Shown one piece after another: positions 29,235 to 38,763 of a stretch of 64,000 bases of DNA. The stretch is from a bacterium (lineage in GTDB: Bacteria > UBA8248): the NCBI GenBank assembly GCA_965202625.1, contig CBDBBI010000010.1, positions 1 through 64,000 on the forward strand. Direction: 5' to 3'. The notes below the pieces were generated by a model. It searched no databases and had not been told where the DNA came from. It saw only the letters and a list, made by a program, of their open reading frames with translations. A program made the translations under genes and the position numbers. The stretch's first letter is position 1. Every line of letters starts with the position of its first letter.

Positions 29235-30392
29235 TCATCTTCTCTTGAGGAACGCGCCTATTTTTTCGATGCCGACCTGGATGCTTGCAACGGAGTTGCA
29301 GTAGGAGAACCGAAGAAATCCCTCTCCCGCCGGGCCGAAGTCAGCTCCTGGTGCAACTGCCACGCCAGTGGCCTCCAGAATTTCTCTAGCCAATTCCAGG
29401 CTGCTCGCCCCATGGGCGCGCGCATCGGCAAAGGCGTAAAACGCGCCCTGTGGCTCATGAAGCGTCGCCAGACCGACCTCCTTGAGGAGCGCGAGGGTGA
29501 TTTTACGCCTCTCGTCATAAATCCCGCGCATGCGCTCGGCTTCCGGCAGACCTTCTTTCAAGGCGGCGAGCGCGGCGTGCTGGACGAAAGAGTTGGGCGA
29601 GACGAAATAGTTCTGTTGCAATATCTCCAGGGGGCGGACGTATTCCAGAGGGACGATGAGATACCCGATGCGCCATCCCGTCATGGCGAAATATTTCGAG
29701 AAGCCGTTGATGACGAAGCAATTCTCCGTGAACTCCAGCGCAGTGTGCTCCTCCTCGCCATAGCTGAGGCCGTGATAGATCTCGTCTGACACAATAGATT
29801 TCCCCAGACTTGCGATGGCCGCCATCTCCCCATGAGACAACGACGCGCCCGTGGGGTTGGAGGGCGAGTTGACGAGGATGGCCCTGGTTCTTGAACTGAT
29901 GAGGTCTCTGGCGACGCGCGCTTCCATCGAGAAGCCGGTTTCCGCGCGGGTGGACGCCAGCACGGGTTTTCCGCAGGCGGAGAGAATGAAGGCCGGATAA
30001 CAGGCGTAGTAAGGGTCTGAGATGATTACCTCCTCGCCCTCATGGATGAGAACGGATAAGAGGAGCAACATACCTGCGCTCGTGCCGTTCGTCACCACCA
30101 CGCGCTCCGGGGATATGGACGTCCCGTATTTTTGATAGTAGAAATCCGCGATCGCCTCACGCAGCTCAAGAATGCCCAGCGCCGCCGTATAGTGCGTGTG
30201 TCCAGCGCGAAGGGCGCGCTCGGCCGCGTGGATGATCACTTCGGGAGTGTCGAAGTCGGGCTCCCCAACTTCCAGATGGATCACCTCTCGGCCCTGGGCC
30301 TCCAACTGGTGGGCGCGCTTCATGATGTCCATCACGAAAAAGGGTTTGACACCCGATACGCGCGCGGGCGTAGAGGGTTTCGTCATTTTCAC
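29235..30392 (-). CDS. PLP-dependent aminotransferase class I/II (aspartate aminotransferase-like)
   Basis: LEVGEPDF, NSPSNPTG, SDEIYHGL, NGFSKYFAMTGWRIG, GAFY, LRFSY. Confidence 0.93.
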   Translation of the reverse strand: MKMTKPSTPARVSGVKPFFVMDIMKRAHQLEAQGREVIHLEVGEPDFDTPEVIIHAAERALRAGHTHYTAALGILELREAIADFYYQKYGTSISPERVVVTNGTSAGMLLLLSVLIHEGEEVIISDPYYACYPAFILSACGKPVLASTRAETGFSMEARVARDLISSRTRAILVNSPSNPTGASLSHGEMAAIASLGKSIVSDEIYHGLSYGEEEHTALEFTENCFVINGFSKYFAMTGWRIGYLIVPLEYVRPLEILQQNYFVSPNSFVQHAALAALKEGLPEAERMRGIYDERRKITLALLKEVGLATLHEPQGAFYAFADARAHGASSLELAREILEATGVAVAPGADFGPAGEGFLRFSYCNSVASIQVGIEKIGAFLKRR

Positions 30393-30574
30393 GTTCTCCA
30401 GGCGGCGAATGGTTCCCAGACGTTTGATCGTCCACGAGGCTAGTAGTAAAATGCTCCTCTTTCAAGACCTTATCAAGGTTTTTTACCAGACGGCGAGCGG
30501 GGGATTGGAGTGCGCTTCGTGCCGGTTCGCTCATTCCGAGCAGGACGCGAGATTCCTCGGGGAGGGGAAATTTC

Positions 30575-30868
30575 TTGACGAAGATTGATATCATCAACCT
30601 CGTGTCGGACGATACCGGCCTCAGCAAGGTGAAGGCGGAAGAGGCGGTCGAGATGATACTCCATACGATCAAGGAGTCGCTCCAAGACGGCGAATCCGTC
30701 ATCCTGAGGCGCTTTGGCTCGTTCCAGGTGAGAGAGAAGAACGCACGCGTGGGGCGTAACCCGAAGACGGGTCGGGAGGCGCTCATTAGCGCGCGCAAGG
30801 TCGTGCGCTTCAAGGCGGGAAAACACTTCAAGGAGGCGGTGAACGGCGCCGAGGTGCGATTCCATTGA
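30575..30868 (+). CDS. HU/IHF family DNA-binding protein
   Basis: MTK..., FGSF.VR, GRNPKTG, RKVVRFKAGK; TTG start with GGAGG RBS. Confidence 0.93.
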   Translation: MTKIDIINLVSDDTGLSKVKAEEAVEMILHTIKESLQDGESVILRRFGSFQVREKNARVGRNPKTGREALISARKVVRFKAGKHFKEAVNGAEVRFH

Positions 30869-30891
30869 GCACTTGATCTCCCCGATATCGC

Positions 30892-31923
30892 CTATTCTAT
30901 CAACATAGCGTCTCCGTAGCTGTAGAATCGATAGCCTTCCTCAATGGCCTGAGCGTAGGCGCGCAGAATCCTCTTCCGCCCCGCGAACGCCGCCGCGAGC
31001 ATGAGCAGGGTCGAGCGCGGCAGGTGAAAGTTGGTCAGCATCATGTTTATCAGCCGAAAACGAAAACCCGGTGTGATGAACAAGCGCGTGGTGAACTCTC
31101 CCGCCTGTAAGGACCTCCCTCGCGCTCTCGCCTCCATCTGCGCGGACTCAAGTGCTCGCACCACCGTCGTTCCCACCGCCAGGATGCGGCCGCTGACCGC
31201 CTTGGTCTCCTGAATCGAGGCGACGGTTTCCTCGGACAGAATGTAGTTTTCCGGTTCCATCTCGTGTTCTTCGACGTTTTCCTCGCGAACTGGTCTGAAC
31301 GTCGCCGCGCCCACGTGGAGGGTGAGTTTGGCGATGCGCGCGCCGGCGTCCGAGACTGCCTTCAGCATGTTTGCGCTGAAATGCAGGCCCGCCGTGGGGG
31401 CGGCAGCCGCTCCGGGGTTTCGGGCGAAAATGGTTTGATAGCGCTCTTTGTCGATCTCCTCCGCTCCCCTGTCCAGATACGGTGGAATTGGCATCTTGCC
31501 GAAGGATTCAAGCCATTCGGGCAGATCGGGAGAGGGGGAGAATTCGATCTCCCTCTCCTCTCCCGGTGGTCCGAGAACCGCGCGATGCGCCGCGTCGAAC
31601 ACAATGCTCTCGCCCTCCTTGAGAGGGCGAGATGCGCGCGTCAAAGCGCGAAATCTGGACGGGGAGAGTTGCGCGAGGAGCAGGACCTCCACCCGCCCAC
31701 CGCTTTGGCGCTTCCCATGAAGTCTCCATGGATTGACTTTCGCGTCGTTCAGGACGAGGAGATCGCGGGGGGCCAGATAGCGTGGAAGGTCGGCGACTTT
31801 GTGATGCCTGACCCCCTCATCCCGCCTAGGGAGATAAAGGAGCCTGGCGTCCTCTCGGCTCGGCGGGGGATATTGGGCAATGAGACGCCGGGGGAGGTGG
31901 TAGTCGAAATCATCCAATTTCAT
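30892..31923 (-). CDS. queA: SAM:tRNA ribosyltransferase-isomerase
   Basis: MKLDDFDYHLP, PIPPY, YQT.FA...GAAAAPTAGLHF, TLHVG..TF, AVGTT, TNFHLPRSTL, YRFYSYGDAM. Confidence 0.97.
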   Translation of the reverse strand: MKLDDFDYHLPRRLIAQYPPPSREDARLLYLPRRDEGVRHHKVADLPRYLAPRDLLVLNDAKVNPWRLHGKRQSGGRVEVLLLAQLSPSRFRALTRASRPLKEGESIVFDAAHRAVLGPPGEEREIEFSPSPDLPEWLESFGKMPIPPYLDRGAEEIDKERYQTIFARNPGAAAAPTAGLHFSANMLKAVSDAGARIAKLTLHVGAATFRPVREENVEEHEMEPENYILSEETVASIQETKAVSGRILAVGTTVVRALESAQMEARARGRSLQAGEFTTRLFITPGFRFRLINMMLTNFHLPRSTLLMLAAAFAGRKRILRAYAQAIEEGYRFYSYGDAMLIE

Positions 31924-32797
31924 GTGTCTCACCACCGTAATCACTCGAAGCGGAAGGCGTCTGGGGCGGGAGGTATCCATCCGCTTCGTCGGCGCGAGGC
32001 GGGGGGAGGGCATTTTGTGCCCTCTCTTTTTTCTCTGGATGCAGGAGTTTCCAGATCGCCTGCCGCATGATTCCCCGCATCACCCGCACCTCTCTCTCGT
32101 CCGGGCCCAGCCTGTCGAGCATTCTCCGAAACGTCCGAGCCACACGATCCGGATCGTTGTGGGGGACGAAGCCTATCCGCGTCATGGATTCGAGCAGATG
32201 ATCCACGAGCCCTTCGATTTCCTCGCGCGAGGCGGCCGCGTCCGCGCGTCTCGATCCCTCGCTCGCTTCTTGAGAGTGAAGGTTCGCCTGGTTTGCACTG
32301 AAAAGCTCCCAAAGAACGATTAAAACGGCTTGAGAGAGATTGAACGATTCCCCATCGGGTAGGGCCGGAATGAACAGTCTCTCCTGGCACAAACTCAACT
32401 CCTCGGTGAACAAGCCCTTATTCTCCTGTCCGAAGACCAGACCCACCCTTGTGGCGGACGCACGCCTCAGAAGAGCGTCTGCATCCTCGCGCGGGCGCAT
32501 GGTGGGCTGCCGCTTTCTGCCCAATCGTCTTGACGTGCCCACCAGCCAGCCGCAATCGCGAGACGCCTCGCGCAGGCTGGCGAAATGCCGCGCTCGCGCC
32601 AGCAGGGGCTGCGCGCTCATGGCCATCGCGCGGGCGTCCACGCTTTTGATGTCGCACCGGGGCGAGACGATGCGCAAGGTTGATACCCCGAAGTGCGACA
32701 TGGCGCGTGCGACGGCGCCCACGTTGCGCGCACCCTGTGGGCGCACGAGGATGACGACGAAATCGACGTTTTTGTCCAGGGAAACCAGCGCGTCCAT
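31910..32797 (-). CDS. SPOUT RNA methyltransferase, TrmJ/LasT family
   Basis: VILVRP....NVGAVARAM..FG, LVFGQE.KGL..EEL, SFNLSQAV, EVRVMRGI. Confidence 0.88.
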   Translation of the reverse strand: MDALVSLDKNVDFVVILVRPQGARNVGAVARAMSHFGVSTLRIVSPRCDIKSVDARAMAMSAQPLLARARHFASLREASRDCGWLVGTSRRLGRKRQPTMRPREDADALLRRASATRVGLVFGQENKGLFTEELSLCQERLFIPALPDGESFNLSQAVLIVLWELFSANQANLHSQEASEGSRRADAAASREEIEGLVDHLLESMTRIGFVPHNDPDRVARTFRRMLDRLGPDEREVRVMRGIMRQAIWKLLHPEKKERAQNALPPPRADEADGYLPPQTPSASSDYGGETHEIG

Positions 32798-33071
32798 AAG
32801 ATTAAAATCAATAGGTCCTGAAAACGGGAGTCTCGCCGCTCTCTCGCGGAGGATGCGTTCTTGGCACCGCCAGGCGCTAGCGTACCTCTTCCCTCTCATA
32901 GCACGAAGGGGAGTGGTTGTCATAAGCGAATCGGACGTTACGCCCCCGTTTTCTTGGCGCGGATTTTCTCGTCAAGGAAAAGGACGAAATATCTTTCTCG
33001 GAAGGAGGGACGCTTCCAAAAGGGGGGAGCGCGGTGTCATGTCCTTCATTTTAGCGTAATATGCGAACACT

Positions 33072-33524
33072 ATGGATTCTGCTGACATGACGCGAACATT
33101 CGAGCGTGGCAACCTGCACGATTTGGCCGCTTTGCTGGTTACGCCCGCCCGCTCGGGCGTATTGCTCACGCGGGTGCGCATTCGCGGCTTGGCGGGGGAG
33201 ATGGGCTTGCGCGCGGGCGTTCAGAGCCGAGCCAGAATGCTGGAGAATCTTTTTCGGGAGGCGGGCGCGGAGGGGCGGATAGGAGAGCTACTCGGGCGGA
33301 TAGATGAAATCGCGAAGCGCAGCCTCGCCGACTATCGAGCGTGGGCGCGCGCGTGTCCGCCTTCTAGGGGCGCGTGGCGCGATTGGGCGCGCAAGGCACG
33401 CAGGCTCAGGCGCCACCTCGCGCAAGCCCAGAAGTGGTCGCGCGCCATCATGCGCGAGGAGTTTTCAGGGGCGGCGCATGAGTCTGTCGCGGGCGCGAAG
33501 GGAGAAAAGCCGGATGGGGGATGA
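33072..33524 (+). CDS. Hypothetical helical protein, convergent with the Mo-enzyme operon
   Basis: Only coherent ORF in the gap; helical, amphipathic pattern (LVTPARSGVLL...SRARMLENLF...W..KA). Confidence 0.65.
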   Translation: MDSADMTRTFERGNLHDLAALLVTPARSGVLLTRVRIRGLAGEMGLRAGVQSRARMLENLFREAGAEGRIGELLGRIDEIAKRSLADYRAWARACPPSRGAWRDWARKARRLRRHLAQAQKWSRAIMREEFSGAAHESVAGAKGEKPDGG

Positions 33525-33555
33525 CGGGGAGGCGCAAGCGCCGTCCACCCCCGGC

Positions 33556-34194
33556 CTAAAGCGCGCTGGCGACGTATTTTCTGTCCGAGAAGGCGAATTC
33601 GCGTATCCATCTGGTGAGTTCTCGATACAGGCGCGTTTGTGCGTCCTCCTCCGCGCTTGACGTATAAATGGGAATCCATCGCATGAGGTGCTCGTCCATG
33701 AACCGCGCGCTCAGGGAGAGTTTCTCCCGCGCGAGATCGGGCCGACCCTGGCTCCAGGCATCGGCCTCCTCAGCGGCGAGTTGGGCGAGGAATTCGAGCT
33801 CCACACTCAAATGGTCCATTGCTAGGACGCTCGGGTGCGCCAGGCCCCCGCTTCCGCGCCCGGGGTTGTAGCCGCACGCCCGATAGAAGTCGGCGACCGC
33901 ATCGGCCGCCTTCGAGTTCAGATGCCCGCTTTCGTCCACTAGGGCGGCTTCGTAGGGAGGGGAGGAGAGGAGAAATAGCTCCGTGAAATCCACCCTGAGC
34001 TTTCTGAGGGATTCTTCGGTATTGGCGAATTTTTCGGGAAACAGAAACGGATAGTTTTCTTGCAAGAATCCGGCGAGTTCGGCGTCCATCGGTTCGAGCA
34101 TCGCCTGTGCCTGCACCCGGTAGAGCTGGGCGCGAAGCCTTGCGCGTTCGGCGTATTCGGCGTTTGACGCGTGGCGCTTTCGGGAGAGACTCAT
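33556..34194 (-). CDS. TorD/DmsD family redox-enzyme maturation chaperone
   Basis: DFTELF, PPYEAA, FYRACG, DHLSVELEFL, FMDEHLMRW; ATG overlaps the Mo-subunit stop (ATGA). Confidence 0.9.
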   Translation of the reverse strand: MSLSRKRHASNAEYAERARLRAQLYRVQAQAMLEPMDAELAGFLQENYPFLFPEKFANTEESLRKLRVDFTELFLLSSPPYEAALVDESGHLNSKAADAVADFYRACGYNPGRGSGGLAHPSVLAMDHLSVELEFLAQLAAEEADAWSQGRPDLAREKLSLSARFMDEHLMRWIPIYTSSAEEDAQTRLYRELTRWIREFAFSDRKYVASAL

Positions 34195-37064
34195 TCTGGA
34201 ATGGTGTAGGCCTCGACCTGGGGTTTGTTCGGTCTCGCGAACCACAGCGGGCGTCGGAGCCCCTCGGGCCCGGGGGCGGGCTTCGTCATCTCGAGCCATT
34301 TCTTATAGTGTGCAAAGCTTTTTTTTGTGTCCACACTGATGTCCCCGTAGCGATCCGAGTCTCCCGCCTTCGTGACTCTTACCTTCTGGTGCCAGCAGTG
34401 CATTCCGCTCACCGGGTCGGGATTGACGGGGAAGGTGAGGTTTTGGTTCACGCCCACCTCGCGCCACCAGATGCGCTCCGTATCGGGATCATCACTGCTG
34501 AAGGGCTGGACGCCGTGAACTTGGCGCATGGCGTATTCCCCCTCGCCCTTCTCTTCCAGGCGGACGACGGCCGAGGCGATTTTAGGCGCGCCTTGCTCCT
34601 CACTCAGGCGCCAGCGCCCGAGGTGATGTGCCATGGCGACGATACCAGGCCGTAAGCCCTCCGTCACCCAACATCTTGTGACGAAACGCCCTATCTCGGT
34701 CTCTACCCTTGCGAGGTCACCCGTGCGCAGCCCGAGGCGCCTGGCGTCGTCGGTGTGCACCCAAAGGGGGTTGTTGTGGGTGATTTCATAAAGCCACTTC
34801 ACCGCCGAGCGCGTGTGGATGAGGGTGGCTAGGCGATAGTTCGGTAGCAGGTCGAATTCGTTGTTCTCCTTTGCCATGTCGCGCCAATAGACGTGGGTTT
34901 TCATGTATTTGGGTATCGTCTCGTCGCCCCAGTTCCAGTCCGCCATGGTCGGGCTGTAGAATTCGAGTTTCTTTGAGGGGGTGGCGAAGCCGACCCGTGG
35001 CCGGCCACGGCTCATGTTGCCGATGACGGTGCCGTCCTTTCGGATGGATCCTGCGGCGTCCACTTCGGCGTCGCGCATCGTCTCATCGGAGAGCTCCTCC
35101 ATGTGCGGCTCATATATGTTCTCCTGCACCGTGAATACGCCGTATTTCCGCATGTATTCCAGAGGCGCCAGCCCTTCCTTTCGCGCGGCTTCTGGAAGCC
35201 CCGGAACGCCGTTCTCGAACATCCACTGATAGTATTCGTTCACTGTGATTTTCTCGCCCGGCCTGTAGGGGCTCTCGAAATACCGCCTGATGCCGAGGGC
35301 GCCGTCTGGGTCTATCCGCCAGGAGAGTTCAATGTGGAGTTCGTCCTCCTCCCACACTTCCCCCGGATTCGCCTCGCGCGAATTTTCAAACGTTTCGCCC
35401 ATCTTCTCGCGCAGCACTCTCAGGACGGGCTGGCGAAAACCCACCCATTTCGTGGGATGCGTCTCCTGGCTTTGGTTGTCGTGTCGCTCCGTCGCGTTGC
35501 CCATAGGCAGAATGTAGTCGGCAAACCACGCCGTCTCGCTCCAGGTGGGGGTGAGCGCCACGTGACAGCCTATTTGCTCGTGGTTCTTCAGCATGTCTAC
35601 CCACATGAAGCCGTCTGGATTCGTCCACACCGGGTTATAGGCCCGCGTAAAATAGACGTCGACGCTGTGCCCCTTGTCCTTGATGAGATGGGGCATCAAG
35701 AAACTCATCTCGAAGAAGGCGAGGGGGTATTCCCTCGGAAAGAGGAGCTCGTTCCACTCCTTGGGCCCTGGAGCGGGGTTGGGGTGCTGGGGCACGAATT
35801 TGTGCGCGCTCGCCAGATGCGTGCCGCCCACGGCACCCACGGCGCCCGTCAGCGACGGCAGGAAGTGCAGACAGCGCGCCACCTGCCAGCCGTGGAGATT
35901 TCCGGTGGCGGCCGCGCGCCAGACATGGACGCAAAGACGGCTTCCGGCGCGGGCGACGACCTGCGCGACTTCCGCGATGAGGTCGGCGGAAACGCCCGTC
36001 TCCTCCGCCGCGTACGCGAATGTGAACTCCGCGTATTCTTCCTTCAGGCTAGCGATGAAATTGTCAAAACGCGCCTCCTCGCCCGGATGAGCGGCCTCCA
36101 TGTATTCTGCCCAGTTCATCCATTCGCTGACGAACTGCGCGTCAAACTGCCCGGTGTCCAGCAGGTAGCGCGCGATGGCGAGCAGAATTGCGCTCTCCGT
36201 TCCACTGTAGGCAGGCAGCCAGTAGTCTGCTTTCGCCGCCGTGTTGGAGAGTCTGGGATCTATCACGATGAGCTTCGCCCCGCTCGTCTGCGCCTCAATG
36301 ATCCGCTGGGCGGATGGATTGTAGTAATGGCCCGTGTCCAGGTGGCTGCTGATCAGCAAGATGGCGTCGGCGTTGGTGAAGTCGGGCGAAGGTCTGTCCG
36401 ATCCGTTCCACAGGAACTGTCCGATGCGGGCGGATGAGCTGCAAACGTTGGTGTGGCTGTTGTGGCCGTCCACGCCCCAGCCGGCGAGGGTCCGGAACAT
36501 GTAGCCGTCCTCGCCCGGCCGCCCCACGTGATAGATGACGCCGTTGCGCCGCCCTGCCTGAATGGCCTTCCGAATACGTTCGGCGATGTCGTCGAGCGCC
36601 TCATCCCAGCTCACGCGCTCCCATTTGCCCTCGCCGCGCTCGCCCACACGCTTGAGGGGATGGAAGATGCGGTCGGGGTCATATACCTGGTTGAGCGTCA
36701 CCCATCCCTTCGCGCAGTTGCGCCCGCGCGAGGCGGGGTGGAGTGGGTTTCCCTCGATTTTCCTGATCTTCATGTCGTCCTTGTCAACGTAGGCTAAAAG
36801 CCCGCAACCCGCCTCGCAGTTGAAGCAAAGGGTAGGAACCAGGGCGTAGTTTCTCGCTACTTTCTGCGGCCATTTCGCGCTCTCGTATTCCGTCCAGTCG
36901 TCCCACTTTTCCGGACTCGGGTAGGAGGCGAGCGCCCCGTCCATGTTCGTATAGTTCAGCTGGCCCGCAGGGGCCGCCGGCGGCGCCTTGGCCAGAAGGT
37001 CGGGACGACCTAGGGAGGCGACGTCGCGCGCCCCCTTGCCGACCTGGAGGTGGGTTATGCTCAT
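34191..37064 (-). CDS. Molybdopterin (Mo/W-bisPGD) oxidoreductase catalytic subunit, no Tat signal
   Basis: CFNCEAGC...CAKG [4Fe-4S] motif, PLKRVGERGEGKW..VSWDEALD, HNSHTNVCSSSAR, IDPRLSNTA, SETAWFADYILP, C-terminal molydop-binding domain. Confidence 0.93.
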   Translation of the reverse strand: MSITHLQVGKGARDVASLGRPDLLAKAPPAAPAGQLNYTNMDGALASYPSPEKWDDWTEYESAKWPQKVARNYALVPTLCFNCEAGCGLLAYVDKDDMKIRKIEGNPLHPASRGRNCAKGWVTLNQVYDPDRIFHPLKRVGERGEGKWERVSWDEALDDIAERIRKAIQAGRRNGVIYHVGRPGEDGYMFRTLAGWGVDGHNSHTNVCSSSARIGQFLWNGSDRPSPDFTNADAILLISSHLDTGHYYNPSAQRIIEAQTSGAKLIVIDPRLSNTAAKADYWLPAYSGTESAILLAIARYLLDTGQFDAQFVSEWMNWAEYMEAAHPGEEARFDNFIASLKEEYAEFTFAYAAEETGVSADLIAEVAQVVARAGSRLCVHVWRAAATGNLHGWQVARCLHFLPSLTGAVGAVGGTHLASAHKFVPQHPNPAPGPKEWNELLFPREYPLAFFEMSFLMPHLIKDKGHSVDVYFTRAYNPVWTNPDGFMWVDMLKNHEQIGCHVALTPTWSETAWFADYILPMGNATERHDNQSQETHPTKWVGFRQPVLRVLREKMGETFENSREANPGEVWEEDELHIELSWRIDPDGALGIRRYFESPYRPGEKITVNEYYQWMFENGVPGLPEAARKEGLAPLEYMRKYGVFTVQENIYEPHMEELSDETMRDAEVDAAGSIRKDGTVIGNMSRGRPRVGFATPSKKLEFYSPTMADWNWGDETIPKYMKTHVYWRDMAKENNEFDLLPNYRLATLIHTRSAVKWLYEITHNNPLWVHTDDARRLGLRTGDLARVETEIGRFVTRCWVTEGLRPGIVAMAHHLGRWRLSEEQGAPKIASAVVRLEEKGEGEYAMRQVHGVQPFSSDDPDTERIWWREVGVNQNLTFPVNPDPVSGMHCWHQKVRVTKAGDSDRYGDISVDTKKSFAHYKKWLEMTKPAPGPEGLRRPLWFARPNKPQVEAYTIPE

Positions 37065-37082
37065 ACGCTTGAAACTCCTGAA

Positions 37083-38603
37083 TTACGAAAGAGGGACGGC
37101 CTGTCCGGCCTTGACCCATATTTTGTCCCAAAGGCAGGCGCCCGTCATGGCTATGACGCCGGCCAGCATCGCGCTGTATCCTCCAAAGCCCCACACCCAA
37201 AGAACGAAGAGAGGAATGAGACATCCTACGACGATCGCCCCGCCCCAGAAATCGTTCTTGAAAGCACCGCTTGTCAGCAGGTGAATCGCCCGTTCATGCG
37301 CGACCGATCCGAAACGATGCGCCAAGGTCGAGAACGCGAGAATGAGCAGGTGCAGAAAAATGAGTATGACGAGCAGCGCGCCCAGAATGTCCAGAACCGC
37401 TTCCTGCTCTTCAATGGGAAAGAGCGTTGCGAAAAGGAGCATGACGGCGACGCCTTTGAGGCCCGACTGCACGCCGATGTCGAGAGTGTTCTCGCTCCCT
37501 TTCCACAGGTCGCGCGCCGACGCCTGGGCGAAGAAAAAGCCGGTGTAGAGCGACGCGAGCGCGCCCGTGACGATGGTGGGCCACAGGATGACGTCCATGA
37601 AGCCCGTCGTGCCCACCATCGCGCCTACTACCCAGAGAAAGGTGAGGAGTCCGTCCAGGGCGATGAACCATGTCCCCCACGCCATCCAGCTGCCCCAGTT
37701 CGAGCGGAGCATGATGTAGTAGAATCGCTCGGGCCGCTTCAGGTCGGTGATGAGAAGTCCCCCCGTGATGGCCAGGAGTATTCCGCTCAGGGCGGGCATC
37801 CAGAAGGAGATCAGCCAGCTTTTGAAGCCGAACGCCCAGAGAAAGAGGCTGATGAGCAAGAGGCCCGTGCTCACTCCCTTGGTCATCAGGTAGGTGATGA
37901 TTTTCGAGTCCCAGGGAATCTCGTGGAAAGTGTCGTATACGGTGCGGCTCTCCCCCGGTTTGTTCTCCCACTCAGGCACGACGTCCTCTTTCGTCACGTC
38001 CATCTCGCCTTGTTTGTAGATGCCCGACTGCCCCGCCTCTGTGGGGTCCAGAAGCTGGCGGCTACCCTCCAGATAATAGATGTTGGGCGAGGTGTTGTAT
38101 TCAGGCTTTCGCACGTGGAAGGGGTGTTGGGTGGTGAGTCGGATAATTTTGGAGTTCGCATCCTCGATGTCGCCGAACACGCGGCACTGTGTGGGGCAGA
38201 CCACTACGCAGGCGGGCTCGAGTCCTACTTCAAGGCGATTCGCGCAGAAATTGCACTTCTCGGCGGTCATCGTGTTGGGGTCGATGAAGAGCTGATCGTA
38301 GGGGCAGGCCGCGATGCAGGATTTGCACCCGATGCACCAGTCCGCGTCGAGGTCCACGATGCCGTCGCTGCGCCTGAAAAGCGCCTTCGTCGGGCAAATG
38401 TTCTGGCACGGGGCGTCGTCGCACTGGTTGCACAGGACGGGCAGAAATTCTCGCTTCGTGTTTGGAAAGGCGCCTTTCTCCACTTCTTTCACCCAGCATC
38501 GCCAAACGCCGATGGGGATGTCGTGTTCCGATTTGCACGCGATTGTGCAAGCATGGCATCCGATGCAGGATTCGAGGTCAATTGCCATGGCGTATTTGGG
38601 CAT
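37083..38603 (-). CDS. Fusion of a 4x[4Fe-4S] (DmsB/PsrB-like) domain and an NrfD/PsrC membrane anchor
   Basis: Four Cys groups (CIGCHACTIAC; CNQCDDAPCQNICP; CIGCKSCIAACP; CNFC..PACVVVCP), then about 8 TM helices with DLKRPERF and SWMAWG NrfD motifs. Confidence 0.92.
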   Translation of the reverse strand: MPKYAMAIDLESCIGCHACTIACKSEHDIPIGVWRCWVKEVEKGAFPNTKREFLPVLCNQCDDAPCQNICPTKALFRRSDGIVDLDADWCIGCKSCIAACPYDQLFIDPNTMTAEKCNFCANRLEVGLEPACVVVCPTQCRVFGDIEDANSKIIRLTTQHPFHVRKPEYNTSPNIYYLEGSRQLLDPTEAGQSGIYKQGEMDVTKEDVVPEWENKPGESRTVYDTFHEIPWDSKIITYLMTKGVSTGLLLISLFLWAFGFKSWLISFWMPALSGILLAITGGLLITDLKRPERFYYIMLRSNWGSWMAWGTWFIALDGLLTFLWVVGAMVGTTGFMDVILWPTIVTGALASLYTGFFFAQASARDLWKGSENTLDIGVQSGLKGVAVMLLFATLFPIEEQEAVLDILGALLVILIFLHLLILAFSTLAHRFGSVAHERAIHLLTSGAFKNDFWGGAIVVGCLIPLFVLWVWGFGGYSAMLAGVIAMTGACLWDKIWVKAGQAVPLS

Positions 38604-38763
38604 GAAAAATCCTCAACTGTGATGAAGCGTGTCTCTCATAGGGTGATTTTAACAGTTCATTACTATCGCTTTGCGGCGCGCGTGTCAATTCAGGCGGGGC
38701 GCCTTGGGTTTTCACGTTCTCGCGTGGTCCGAACGTTTCAGGAAGCCGGAGGAGAGGTGAGGG

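Noticed and set aside
35103-36437. 444-aa + strand ORF
   Set aside because: Antisense shadow of the Mo subunit
34191-37064. Calling the Mo subunit formate dehydrogenase or a selenoprotein
   Set aside because: No in-frame TGA and no FDH-type C/U-H active-site motif
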